Shown piece by piece: positions 30,283-39,956 of a stretch of 64,000 bases of DNA. The DNA is from Candidatus Multivoradales bacterium (GTDB taxonomy: Bacteria; Acidobacteriota; Thermoanaerobaculia; Multivoradales; JAHEKO01). Made by a program: the position numbers and the translations under genes. The notes under the pieces were generated by a model that saw only the letters and a program-made list of their open reading frames with translations, made no database searches and had not been told where the DNA came from. The DNA lies in NCBI GenBank assembly GCA_965248055.1, contig CBDFIJ010000004.1:288001-352000 (forward strand), read 5' to 3'. The number at the start of each line of letters is the position of its first letter. Within the stretch, counting starts at the first letter, position 1.

Positions 30283-31598
30283 GAGCTTGCTGAAAAACCC
30301 CACCACCGGACCATAACGATTCTATAATTGGGAATAGGAGGTTTTGATGCGTGGATCGGATCAAGGTCAGGGATCAATGTTCAGCTACGTTGACCTGGAA
30401 CGGCGAATTCCTCGGTCTCATCCGTTGCGGCGGATCCGAAGTTTGATGGACGAAGCTCTTGGAGAGCTATCGGAGCGTTTTGAGACGATCTACGCTTCGA
30501 GTGGTCGTCCTTCGATTCCCCCCGAGCGTCTGCTCCGCGCATTGCTGCTTCAAGTGCTCTTCAGCGTGCGTAGTGAACGCCAGCTGATGGAGCAACTTGA
30601 GTACAACCTTCTATTTCGCTGGTTTGTCGGTCTTGGTATCGACGAGCGGGTGTGGGACGCGACGACGTTTTGCAAGAACCGAGAGCGCTTGCTCGAAGGT
30701 TCGATCGCGGAAGAACTGTTTGCAGCGGTGCTGTCTCAAGCCGAGGACCGTGATCTGCTGTCACCGGATCACTTCAGCGTTGATGGCACACTGATCGAGG
30801 CTTGGGCTTCGCACAAGAGCTTTCGGCCAAAGGACGAAGAGGTTAAACCTCTGGACGGTGGAGCGGACTTCCGAGGCCAGAAGCGGTTGAACCAAACGCA
30901 CGCTTCGACGACCGACCCCGAGTCTCGGCTGTCGCGAAAAGGCCGTGGTAAGGAAGCAAAACTAAGCTACCGGGGCAACATTCTGGTCGAGAACCGGCAC
31001 GGGATGATTGTCAACACCGAGGTCAACATCGTCACCGGCAACGGTGAGACAACAGCGGCTCTGGCCATGCTGGAGCAGCGGGCTAGCAATCATCGCGTCA
31101 CGGTGGGTGCTGACAAGGGCTATGACAACCGAGCGTTTGTAGAGAATGCGAGGAAGCTGAATGCGACACCTCACGTAGCGCAAAGCACCAAGAATCGCCG
31201 CAGCCGGATTGACCGACGCACCACTCGCCACGCAGGTTACGAGATCAGCTTGGCGAGACGACCGAGAGTCGAGGCACCCTTCGGCTGGCTCAAACAGTAC
31301 GGACTGCAACGCAGACCGATGTTTCGAGGCGTAGCCCGCATCGGTTGGTCTTTCACTTTTGCGGCAACAGCGTTTAACTTGCTCCGAATAGCCAATCTGA
31401 GCGCGCCAACATGACGATTTTCTATCCCAAGTGCTCCTCAAATCGCTCGAATCACCCGGTAGGGCGAATCGAAGAGCTGACCCAAGGGGTCACCAACACC
31501 CTCAACTCGCCAGCCACCTTGATTCGTCTCCACATTCAAAGTACTTCGACCGTTATGACCACTGAAATTAGCTCCGTTGCCCTTTTTTCAGCAGGCTG
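30283..31598 (+). mobile_element. IS5-family insertion sequence
   Basis: IRs GAGCTTGCTGAAAAA / TTTTTCAGCAGGCTG; CTAG target duplication at 30279-30282 and 31599-31602. Confidence 0.93.
30344..31414 (+). CDS. IS5 family transposase
   Basis: GRPSIPPERLLRALLLQ, FSVDGTLIEAWAS, GADKGYD, RPRVEAPFGWLK. Confidence 0.95.
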   Translation: MMRGSDQGQGSMFSYVDLERRIPRSHPLRRIRSLMDEALGELSERFETIYASSGRPSIPPERLLRALLLQVLFSVRSERQLMEQLEYNLLFRWFVGLGIDERVWDATTFCKNRERLLEGSIAEELFAAVLSQAEDRDLLSPDHFSVDGTLIEAWASHKSFRPKDEEVKPLDGGADFRGQKRLNQTHASTTDPESRLSRKGRGKEAKLSYRGNILVENRHGMIVNTEVNIVTGNGETTAALAMLEQRASNHRVTVGADKGYDNRAFVENARKLNATPHVAQSTKNRRSRIDRRTTRHAGYEISLARRPRVEAPFGWLKQYGLQRRPMFRGVARIGWSFTFAATAFNLLRIANLSAPT

Positions 31599-31759
31599 CT
31601 AGGGGTCTGTTGGTTTGGACTAGCCTGCGCTCATCTTCAGCCCACTCAGGAGTTGCAGCGGTGGGATGGGAAAACTGGCTACCGATTTAGCAACCTGGAT
31701 CAAGGTGAGAACTCCGACTCGGAACCTGTCAACAACTTTGAGACAGTTGGCAGAATTAA

Positions 31760-32773
31760 TTAGTGAATCGGGACAACCTCCTTGGTGCGCTGATGTTTGG
31801 GTGGGTTGATCCAGACGGCCCTCGGTAATAGCTGAACGGTCGGTCTTCCACGGACAAATCGCTGTGGGTTGTTTCGCCAAGCTTGGTCAAGGGCCAGTTG
31901 ACGGATCTTGAGCTTGTGGTCGGCCTTGCCGCAGTGGACATCTTCGGGTGTCAGCATGGCGATGCCGGCGTGCCGGTGCTGGGTGTTGTACCAGATAAAG
32001 AACGACCTGCAGAAGGCGATAGCGTCCTCGATCGAGCCGAACCGATCGGGAAAGCTCGGGTGATACTTGAGGGTCTTGAATTGGGCTTCGGAGAAGGGAT
32101 TATCGTTGGAGATGCGAGGCCGCGAGAACGACTGAGAGATACCAAGCCGTACGAGGAGTCGTCCGGTGTCCTTGGCGGTCATCGGCGAGCCCCGATCACT
32201 GTGTAGGGTTAGCTGATTCTTGGGAATGCCTTGCTTGGTTGAGGTCTCCTCGAGAAGCCTTTGGGCTAAGGCCTCGCGTTCGTGCTCGGCGAGCATCCAG
32301 CCGACCACATAGCGGCTGAAGATATCGAGGACAACGTAGAGATAGAACCACCATCCCGGCTGAGGACCTCGCAGCCGGGTGATATCCCAGCTCCAGACTT
32401 GGTTTGCCGCTGTGGCGAGTAGCTCTGGCTTGGTATAGACCGGATGGCGGCGTTGGCGCCGTCTCTCCTGCAGCGTCTTCTCAGCTGCCAGGAGTCGGTA
32501 CATGGTGCGCTCCGAGCACAGATAGCGTTCTTCGTCGAGAAGGGTGGCCACCACGGCCGCCGGTGCAGCGTCGACAAAGCGCGGCCCGTTGAGTAGGTCA
32601 AGGACCTGTTGTTTTTCGCTGACTGTCAGTGCCCGAGCTGGAGTCGGTCGAGGCTGCTGAGGCTCGGTTGATCTCGGCCGAAGCCGACGATAGAACGTTG
32701 CACGACTGACGCTCAGGCTCCGGCAGGCCGGTGCGATACCGACCCACGGAGCCAGCGTCCTGGCCGCTTTCAC
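31760..32773 (-). CDS. IS3-family transposase OrfB
   Basis: Nearly identical to 25510-26523. Confidence 0.95.
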   Translation of the reverse strand: MKAARTLAPWVGIAPACRSLSVSRATFYRRLRPRSTEPQQPRPTPARALTVSEKQQVLDLLNGPRFVDAAPAAVVATLLDEERYLCSERTMYRLLAAEKTLQERRRQRRHPVYTKPELLATAANQVWSWDITRLRGPQPGWWFYLYVVLDIFSRYVVGWMLAEHEREALAQRLLEETSTKQGIPKNQLTLHSDRGSPMTAKDTGRLLVRLGISQSFSRPRISNDNPFSEAQFKTLKYHPSFPDRFGSIEDAIAFCRSFFIWYNTQHRHAGIAMLTPEDVHCGKADHKLKIRQLALDQAWRNNPQRFVRGRPTVQLLPRAVWINPPKHQRTKEVVPIH

Positions 32774-33249
32774 GAGTTCTTCTCGCCCTCTGAGGGGATA
32801 CCCAGCAGCCCGGCTACTTTTCTTTGCACATCGATGATCAGCTGTGCCCTGTGCAATTCGTTCTCAAGCCGAGTCTTCTCCCGCTCTAGTCGAGCAACCT
32901 TGCTTTCCAACGGGTGCCTTTTGGGTTTGCGTCCGCGCCTCTTGCCGAGCGCGGCAAGCGATCCCCGTCGCCGAGCTAGGCGCCAGTTAGATAGATGAGA
33001 TGAGTAGAGACCCTCCCGGCGCAACAGGGACCCGACCTCCTCTCGGCTGGAGCAAGCGTCGGCCTGCTCCAAGATCGCCAGCTTGTACTTTGCCGTAAAC
33101 CGCCGTCTGGCGGGTCGAGCCTCGATCTCAGGGTCGGGTACCGATTCGGGGGTCGAGGGCAACTGCGCCGTCTCCCCTCCGGCTCCCTCGTCGCTACGCT
33201 CCTCGGTCGCCTTCGGCGAGACGGGCAATATGGGCTGATTCTGAAACAT
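32770..33249 (-). CDS. IS3-family transposase OrfA
   Basis: Nearly identical to 25034-25513. Confidence 0.92.
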   Translation of the reverse strand: MFQNQPILPVSPKATEERSDEGAGGETAQLPSTPESVPDPEIEARPARRRFTAKYKLAILEQADACSSREEVGSLLRREGLYSSHLSNWRLARRRGSLAALGKRRGRKPKRHPLESKVARLEREKTRLENELHRAQLIIDVQRKVAGLLGIPSEGEKNS

Positions 33250-33852
33250 ACTGAAACCTCCTTCCGCCCTCTAATTATCAGGGGGCCAAGTGTCTCAGCT
33301 ACGTTGGCAGATAGGGAAATGACCGTCCCAGAAAGAACTTTGTAGGAAGGAACAGGACCTCTAGTACTGAATCTTCCCACTACGTGGTTCGTTAACAATT
33401 CTCATACCCATCTCCTTGTCTGTTGTTACTAAATTGTCCTCAATAAAGGACACTGCTGCTGTGACGTTACCAGAAGGCGCGCATCTGTCAAGGAACAGTG
33501 CAACAGGACAAGCGACCTCGGATACTGCGCTACAGCGTTCTCCACATGTCAATAATAACGCACCACGATTCGTTCCAATTGTTCCAGACATGGGGCCACA
33601 CCTCCTACTAGTCCTCGGCCTTCTCCCTTAGCACCCCAGAATCAAAAGGAAGAAACAAGACGCACGCAGTGTCGGCGCGGTCGCCGATTCCGCTCCGACG
33701 TGCCGCGAAAACCCCGCCATCACAAGGCTGCGGAAGAATCGGCGACCTGTGAACATTCACAGTGAGACCCCACGAAACTCCAATCCGTGATTACCCCGTG
33801 ATTACTGAAACAATCTTGGGGTTTTTGGCTTTTTTATAAGTCTTTTAAAATG

Positions 33853-33901
33853 TGGAGCCGGCACTCGGATTCGAACCGAGGACCTGCTGATTACAAGTCA
33901 G
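33853..33901 (-). repeat. att site: 49-bp duplicate of the tRNA-Thr 3' half
   Basis: TGGAGCCGGCACTCGGATTCGAACCGAGGACCTGCTGATTACAAGTCAG is identical to 41687-41735; the adjacent 16 bp match with 1 mismatch. Confidence 0.95.
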
Positions 33902-34122
33902 GTCTCCATGTATCCCTGATGTTTCGATCTGTTTCGCTGTAGGACAATAACTCTCATAAAATAAAGCTCTTATCGACTATCCGCACGAGAGTACAGTACG
34001 ATATGCTTCGCCATGAAGATGGTTCTGCTGGTTACTTCCTGGTTACTTCTCTCAGAAAAGCTCGACCAGCTGACACCGCATTCCACTGACGAACGCAGAA
34101 CCAAAGAAGGAGGACTCCGTCC

Positions 34123-35319
34123 GTGAAACTCACCACGCGAGCTATTGATGCGATGTCGTATTCGCCATCTTCTGCTTCGTCTGCTTCGTCTGCTTCGTTG
34201 AAGACAAACACACCGGACTACCGATGGGACTCATCTCTTCCTGGGTTCGGTATCCGGATTTACCGAAGCGGGAAGAAATCGTTTGTGGTCTCATACCGGG
34301 TCCAAGGTCGCAAACGGATCATGGTGCTGGGCAAGTACGGGGTTCTGACGCTGGATGAAGCTCGTAAGAAAGCCCGCAAAGTACTCGGCGACGTATCGGA
34401 CGGGAAAGATCCGAGCAAAGAACGGCAGATCCTCCTGAAGTCTCCAACCATGAAGGATTTGGCAGATCGATATTTGACGGATCATGCGCCGAAGAAGAAA
34501 GCGAGCAGTGTGCGGGATGATCGGCGAATGTGGGAGAAGCACATTCTTCCTCGTCTTGGAAGGCGGAAGGTCTCAGCTATTACTCGCGAAGATATTGATC
34601 GTCTGCATACGGGCATGAAGGACACGCCCTATGCGGCCAACAGAACACTTGCCCTTCTCTCAAAATCTCTTCACTTGGCAGAGGTTTGGGGTTGGCGTCA
34701 GGACAGTACAAATCCGTGCCGGCATATCCAGAAATATACGGAAGAAAAGCGGGAACGATTTCTCAGCGTGGAGGAACTCAAACGATTGGGTGCCGTGCTG
34801 GATGAAGTGGAACGGGAAGCCACCGAGCTTCCTGGTGTTGTCTCCGCCCTGCGTCTCCTGCTTCTCACTGGCTGTCGTCTCAATGAAATCCTCCGACTGC
34901 GGTGGGACGATATCGATGAAGTGAGTAGGTGTTTCCATCTGCCCGACAGTAAGGTCGGGAAACGAACGGTCGTGGTCAGTGACGGCGTTTTCTCGGTTCT
35001 GGAGAAAATGGAATGCATTGAAGGAAATCCGTATGTCATTGCGGGAGCCAGAGAAGGTCAGCATCTGGTCAATCTCTCGAAGCCCTGGGGGCGTATCCGG
35101 AAGCGAGCGAATCTGGCAGATGTCCGACTTCATGATTTGCGACATACCTACGCCAGCTTCGGGGCTGGTGCCGGGCTATCACTTCCTCTCCTCGGGAAAA
35201 TGCTCGGGCACAAGCAGGCGTCAACCACAGCCCGGTATGCCCACTTAGCGAATGATCCGGTACGACGGGCAGTCGATCTGGTGGGTGATGAACTGCTCAG
35301 TGCTCTGGGTCAGCGGTGA
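34123..35319 (+). CDS. Tyrosine integrase with arm-DNA-binding domain
   Basis: WDSSLPGFGIRI arm domain; LTGCRLNEI, HDLRHTYAS, LGHKQ..TTARYAH catalytic residues. Confidence 0.96.
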   Translation: MKLTTRAIDAMSYSPSSASSASSASLKTNTPDYRWDSSLPGFGIRIYRSGKKSFVVSYRVQGRKRIMVLGKYGVLTLDEARKKARKVLGDVSDGKDPSKERQILLKSPTMKDLADRYLTDHAPKKKASSVRDDRRMWEKHILPRLGRRKVSAITREDIDRLHTGMKDTPYAANRTLALLSKSLHLAEVWGWRQDSTNPCRHIQKYTEEKRERFLSVEELKRLGAVLDEVEREATELPGVVSALRLLLLTGCRLNEILRLRWDDIDEVSRCFHLPDSKVGKRTVVVSDGVFSVLEKMECIEGNPYVIAGAREGQHLVNLSKPWGRIRKRANLADVRLHDLRHTYASFGAGAGLSLPLLGKMLGHKQASTTARYAHLANDPVRRAVDLVGDELLSALGQR

Positions 35320-35523
35320 GGATGAAGCCAGGCTTGAGAGAAATGAGATCGAGGCAAGAAAACTCTCTCTCCGCTGGCACAACCTGCCATTGTGCAAGGA
35401 GTTTCCGTCCTCCCGATCTTTGCAGTCGGGAGAACTCCAACTTTGCACGAATGCTTTGTTGTGCTCAGCGAGTCAAGTGACAGAAGAAGGAATTCCACCA
35501 GCCTCCCCGCCACCAACCATCAG

Positions 35524-35559
35524 CCACGGCTGACAGGTCTTCCACGGCTGACAGGTCTT
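35524..35559 (+). repeat. Tandem repeat, 18 bp x2
   Basis: CCACGGCTGACAGGTCTT twice. Confidence 0.85.
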
Positions 35560-35730
35560 CACCGACTCTTCCTACCGCTTCTTTTTCCTGTCATCTGTAT
35601 GGAGTCTGTCTCTGGTGCACATCCAGAAGATACTGAAGAAGCTCTGGAGTACTTGGAAGTTCTTTGTTTCCAGGAGTATGAGGATTCCTTGCGTACCCGT
35701 TGACTCTACCCGCTTCCTCTGCCCGAATGA

Positions 35731-35792
35731 CGGGTACGGCAAACGGATACTGAATCCGGGTACGGCAAACGGATACTGAATCCGGGTACGGC
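35731..35792 (+). repeat. Tandem repeat, 26 bp x2.4
   Basis: CGGGTACGGCAAACGGATACTGAATC twice, plus CGGGTACGGC. Confidence 0.9.
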
Positions 35793-35812
35793 TTGCCGTG
35801 TGTCTTGGGACC

Positions 35813-37066
35813 CTACGGATTTTTGTCGAGCAGGCGTTCCAGTTCGTCGGCGAGATCCTGGTCAATCACAAGGTGGGTCACGCAGCATTTCTTCACAGCC
35901 GTAAGAGCAACCTTCGCTTTGAGCTTGCCATTGGCAACGGCAACGACTCCCATCCGTTCATTTAGTGCGATGCTCCTAAAATAACGGTAGCGGATTCCCA
36001 AGCAGGCCTTGTTCAATGGCTTAATCCATTCATCGAACTCGCTGTCGGATATGGATGGATGGGAAAGAATCACGCCACCGACGTCCCCCGCAATGTACCG
36101 AGAGAGATCTCGCTGTTGCCGGCGTGTTAATCGTGCTCGCAACGTTGGCGTGGGATTATCACCAAGAGCCCCCATGCCACAAATCAAACCCTCGGCTTGA
36201 TGAATCAGAGCGTCGGGATCGTTCTTGTCTGATCCAAAGACGCGTCGATAACCGTGACCCTCTTGGTAAAAACTCCGCAATAGGCTCATGACTTCAAAGC
36301 GATCAAGAGGCTTATCGCACCCTTCGAGAGTTCTGTCCATGTCTCCTGCAAAGTCCAGGAAAGCGGGTACAGCCGCAAGACTGGGTGGAGAGTCACTCCC
36401 CCAGATGAGAGCAAGGCGCTTAGCAATAACCGAGGCGCTTTGGCCGATATCTCTTGGGCGACCACGGAAAATGACTTCTCCAGCCGCAGGAAAGACAATT
36501 GGCGGATTTGAAGGTTTCCGATCTGTCAGCTGCGCGAGGCGTGCAGCGAGGTACTGTGGTGTCTCGCCCCAAGTGACTCCGACGACCTGAGGCTGGTTTC
36601 TCATCAGCCCAGCGACTACTTCAGCCGCTTTGAATGCCGTATCCTTCTTCCCCCCTCCATCCACAGGAGCAATATGAACGGCTCGAAGAGGACCTGGATG
36701 TCTTGATTTGGGCTCCTGCAATTCCTTCAGCTTGTCGACCAAAGAGATCTCACGCTCTCGATGGCGCAGGACTCCATCGCAGATCTCTCTGAGCTTCTCC
36801 TCGTGCTTTTCTGAAAACTCTCCTGTCCAACGCTTCTGGAGACCAAACCGATCCACCAGCTTGGAGACCATGCGAGACACGGTGGCTTGGCTGACCCCTC
36901 TTGGATCATCGCCGGTCTGACCAGCAGCTTCCAGTCGCCTTGCCAACTCTGCCTGCGAAAGATCATCAAACAGAAGAAGCGCCAATAGCTGCAGCTCCTT
37001 TTCGCTGAGTCCCGGGAACAACTCTTCGACCGGCTCTTGGTCTGTGTCTGTGTGCTCATCACTCAT
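35813..37066 (-). CDS. SorC/DeoR-like regulator (HTH plus sugar-binding domain), divergent
   Basis: LSQAELARRL..VSQATVSRM; VVGVTWGET; AGDVGG; VVAVANGKLKA..HLVIDQDLA. Confidence 0.78.
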   Translation of the reverse strand: MSDEHTDTDQEPVEELFPGLSEKELQLLALLLFDDLSQAELARRLEAAGQTGDDPRGVSQATVSRMVSKLVDRFGLQKRWTGEFSEKHEEKLREICDGVLRHREREISLVDKLKELQEPKSRHPGPLRAVHIAPVDGGGKKDTAFKAAEVVAGLMRNQPQVVGVTWGETPQYLAARLAQLTDRKPSNPPIVFPAAGEVIFRGRPRDIGQSASVIAKRLALIWGSDSPPSLAAVPAFLDFAGDMDRTLEGCDKPLDRFEVMSLLRSFYQEGHGYRRVFGSDKNDPDALIHQAEGLICGMGALGDNPTPTLRARLTRRQQRDLSRYIAGDVGGVILSHPSISDSEFDEWIKPLNKACLGIRYRYFRSIALNERMGVVAVANGKLKAKVALTAVKKCCVTHLVIDQDLADELERLLDKNP

Positions 37067-37214
37067 ATGGCGGAGTTTATCCTACCGCTATGATGCATAT
37101 CTGTTTCGACACTGCATTGACAATACACCACAAGATATCCTACGATGCCGTCTACGGAGATTACCGATGCCGCAAAGTAACCAATTCCAGACCTGTTTTC
37201 ATGGAGAATCAAAC

Positions 37215-38084
37215 ATGACAAAACTCGCGACTGTCGTCGGCGGACTCATCCTCACCTTGTTCTCAGGAGTGTTGAGCGCAAAGCCGGCCATGGAGTGTGA
37301 GCCGAGGAAATTGGAACTAGAGCCGGTTCTCGGCCACGAGATGACCGAGACGATTACATGCACGGCCACACGAGATCTTGGTCGTACTCATCCGTGGGTC
37401 AGCTCGGAGGGTCAGTCCTACATCACCCATATCGAGCCCAATAGCCCGATCGAGGTATTGAAGGGTGACGAGATCATCTACGAGATCTCGTTCTTCGTCC
37501 CTGAAGATGACATACATGCCACTGTCGATCTGACTTTCCATGTTCGTGAGTATCGCCCTGGAAGGAAAGGAAGGACGTACTCGGGACCGGTGCCGGCCAA
37601 GTTGAATTTGGTTGAAAAGAACTGGATTCCGTTAGAAGGAGATAGGTTCAGTTTTTTTTATCCTCCGGTCTTAGATTTCGACTTTCCTCTCGTGATTACC
37701 GAAGGTAGCCATGTCAATCAAACAAAGGTGAATATATCCGATGCGGTCGATAGCGTATCGCCTTATTTTTTCGTGTTGTCAATGCACTCAACGGAAGCTG
37801 AGACGATTATCGAGATTAATCCGAAATTAGATTTCCTCGCCAGACACCACGGAACAGAGGTACTCGCGAATGGGAATGAACTCCTGACCGTTGACCCCGC
37901 CAATCATGTGAGTGACGAGCGTTTCGGACCCTACCCTTCAACGTTTATTTTGGATAGAAGCAGAGAAATCGCCTTTACGGTAAACCTGTCTCAAGACCCC
38001 AACCCAGATCTATACGATGAGTTTGGAGATCACGAATTACATCGGATTCTGGTCGAAATCTCGAGAACCTTAGTAGCGGAATAA
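37215..38084 (+). CDS. Hypothetical exported protein
   Basis: GGAGA RBS; signal peptide MTKLATVVGGLILTLFSGVLSA; long open frame directly upstream of the CHAP gene. Confidence 0.7.
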   Translation: MTKLATVVGGLILTLFSGVLSAKPAMECEPRKLELEPVLGHEMTETITCTATRDLGRTHPWVSSEGQSYITHIEPNSPIEVLKGDEIIYEISFFVPEDDIHATVDLTFHVREYRPGRKGRTYSGPVPAKLNLVEKNWIPLEGDRFSFFYPPVLDFDFPLVITEGSHVNQTKVNISDAVDSVSPYFFVLSMHSTEAETIIEINPKLDFLARHHGTEVLANGNELLTVDPANHVSDERFGPYPSTFILDRSREIAFTVNLSQDPNPDLYDEFGDHELHRILVEISRTLVAE

Positions 38085-38096
38085 GAGGAGAAGCAA

Positions 38097-39239
38097 ATGA
38101 ACGGAAATCGTCAGGCAATAATCGTCATGATTCTTTCAACCGTTCCGGTCTTAGCCAGCGGTGAAACACCTGAGTGCCATGAAGAAATGGCTCGCCTCGA
38201 TGGTGTGGCTGCCTATTCCAACGAAGTCATACCTTCGCCGGTGTCGTGTGGCGGTCGAGGGACGTATGGCAACCAATATCAATGCGTGGAATTCATCGAC
38301 CGTTACTACGCCGAGGCTCTTGGAGTTTCTGGTACCGAAGGCTGGATTGCTAATGGTGGCGACTATTTTGGAAAGGCAAGCGAATTTGGCCTTGAAGCAT
38401 ACAAGAATGGAGATGCTGGAACGCCTCCCAGAAAGGGTGACATCTTAGATTTTGGCCGGCCAGGGACGGAAATCGGTCACGCTGCAATTGTGAGCGGTTT
38501 TGACCGGGACTCAATGCTTGTCCACATTATTGAGCAGAACTGGTCGTTTGATGGTGTCGCTAGACTTAGCATTGAGCAAAAAGCCGATGGGAAGTGGTAC
38601 ATGCCACCGAGGGGGAATAGCACTCCTTATGAGATTCTTGGGTGGCTCCGGCTCCCAGGCTCGACACCACCACCCGCCGACTGCACGCCAGCTGATCCAA
38701 GCGGAACGGCTCCAGCAGACGATTTTGTTCTCAATGGAGGGTTTGAGGACCAATATGCCGAGCTTGCTTCCGACTGGACCCACTGCGACGCGGTAGCGAT
38801 CTACTCTGGGAATCAGCACACTCCTGGGGGAAGCTACTACGCCGGCTTCGGTACAGCAGGTGCGGGAGATTCGACCGCGATCCTAGCCCAAAAGGTGGAT
38901 GTACCTGATGACGGCAACCCGACCAGCTCTACGACGTTGGTGTTTTGGATCCGGATAGACGAAGTTCACAGCCAGAACCTGCAGACCGACAGGTTGTGGG
39001 TCACCGTCGATGACCCCGACCACTCCACGATGCCTGGTGAGCAGATGGTATTCAACGTTTTCGCCCAGAGCGGGCCTATCCTCGGAAACAACTTCGCACG
39101 CCAGCTGGTGGATCTGGGGCCGTGGCGGAGTAACGTCAAGGACCAGTCAAACAGGGTGACGATTCGATTCAAGTCGTCAACCACGAAAGCCCAGGGGGTA
39201 ATCTTCCGCATTGACGATGTGCGAGCGAAACAGCAATAG
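38097..39239 (+). CDS. Exported CHAP-domain amidase/peptidase with a C-terminal beta-sandwich
   Basis: QYQCVEFIDRYY, GDILDF, GHAAIV, IIEQNW; Pro-rich linker; NGGFE...FRIDDV. Confidence 0.85.
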   Translation: MNGNRQAIIVMILSTVPVLASGETPECHEEMARLDGVAAYSNEVIPSPVSCGGRGTYGNQYQCVEFIDRYYAEALGVSGTEGWIANGGDYFGKASEFGLEAYKNGDAGTPPRKGDILDFGRPGTEIGHAAIVSGFDRDSMLVHIIEQNWSFDGVARLSIEQKADGKWYMPPRGNSTPYEILGWLRLPGSTPPPADCTPADPSGTAPADDFVLNGGFEDQYAELASDWTHCDAVAIYSGNQHTPGGSYYAGFGTAGAGDSTAILAQKVDVPDDGNPTSSTTLVFWIRIDEVHSQNLQTDRLWVTVDDPDHSTMPGEQMVFNVFAQSGPILGNNFARQLVDLGPWRSNVKDQSNRVTIRFKSSTTKAQGVIFRIDDVRAKQQ

Positions 39240-39761
39240 AAAACTGTTTTCACGAGCTGTGAATCTAAGAGGCGACCTTAGGGTCACCCTTTTTCATGGT
39301 CCCAAACCTCTGCTCTCGCCACCCCCCTATCCACATCGCCCTTTCACCGCTCTTCTCGCGGTATCCGAACCTCGCTCTGCGAGGTCGTCACCGTCTATCA
39401 CACATTCGGGGGGGGTTCAAGGGATACCCTCCTTGTGAGCTCCCCGGCCCCTGGCTGGACAAGATAGGCAGCCCGGCAGTGGCAAGGCTGCTGATGCAAT
39501 TGAGCAGAGCTCTGCTCGGCCGCCCAATTGCAATCTTGCTCCTCGGTGCCGCAGCGCGGCATCCCGAGCACACACCGCTCACATGCACACACACCGGCGG
39601 CCATGCTGCCTCTTCCTGCTGTCCGGATTCTGATTCCGGTGACGAGAATGAGAGACAGATACCGGCGCTCCGGCTTCACGATCGGCAACTGAGAACCTGG
39701 ACACGATGCCGTCAGAACTGAGAATGGAAGATACTGTTTCTTCTCCTCTCCGTTCCCGTCA

Positions 39762-39905
39762 ATGGCAGTAACTGTCTCCGAAGCACGGCAAACCCTTGGT
39801 TCAGAAGCGGATCTCTCCGATGACGATATCCAGCAGATGCTGGTGACCCTGTACGCTCTTGCCGATGATCTGCTTGATCTTCAAGAGAGAGGAGGATTAC
39901 AGTGA
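39762..39905 (+). CDS. 47-aa small protein upstream of the recombinase
   Basis: MAVTVSEARQTLGSEADLSDDDIQQMLVTLYALADDLLDLQERGGLQ; below the ORF-track length cutoff. Confidence 0.5.
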   Translation: MAVTVSEARQTLGSEADLSDDDIQQMLVTLYALADDLLDLQERGGLQ

Positions 39906-39956
39906 CCGCACATCCGTTTCCCGATCTCTCTTTTCTGTCTTCCTGTTTCCTTCTCA

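Larger units (their letters stand above)
31720..33316 (-). mobile_element. IS3-family insertion sequence, copy B (inverted, slightly diverged from copy A)
   Basis: Near-identical reverse complement of 24967-26563. Confidence 0.93.

Noticed and set aside
33853-33901. Second tRNA-Thr gene
   Set aside because: Only the 3' half is present; it is an att duplicate
34168-34198. 9-bp repeat TCTGCTTCG in the integrase 5' end
   Set aside because: In-frame slippage giving a Ser/Ala linker; no phase-variation effect
35731-35792. Possible CRISPR array
   Set aside because: Repeats are directly adjacent with no spacers, and there are no cas genes
39400-39440. oriT/oriV-like GGGGGTTCAAGGG..CCTTG motif in the island
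   Set aside because: Only a vague resemblance, and no relaxase or rep gene in the element
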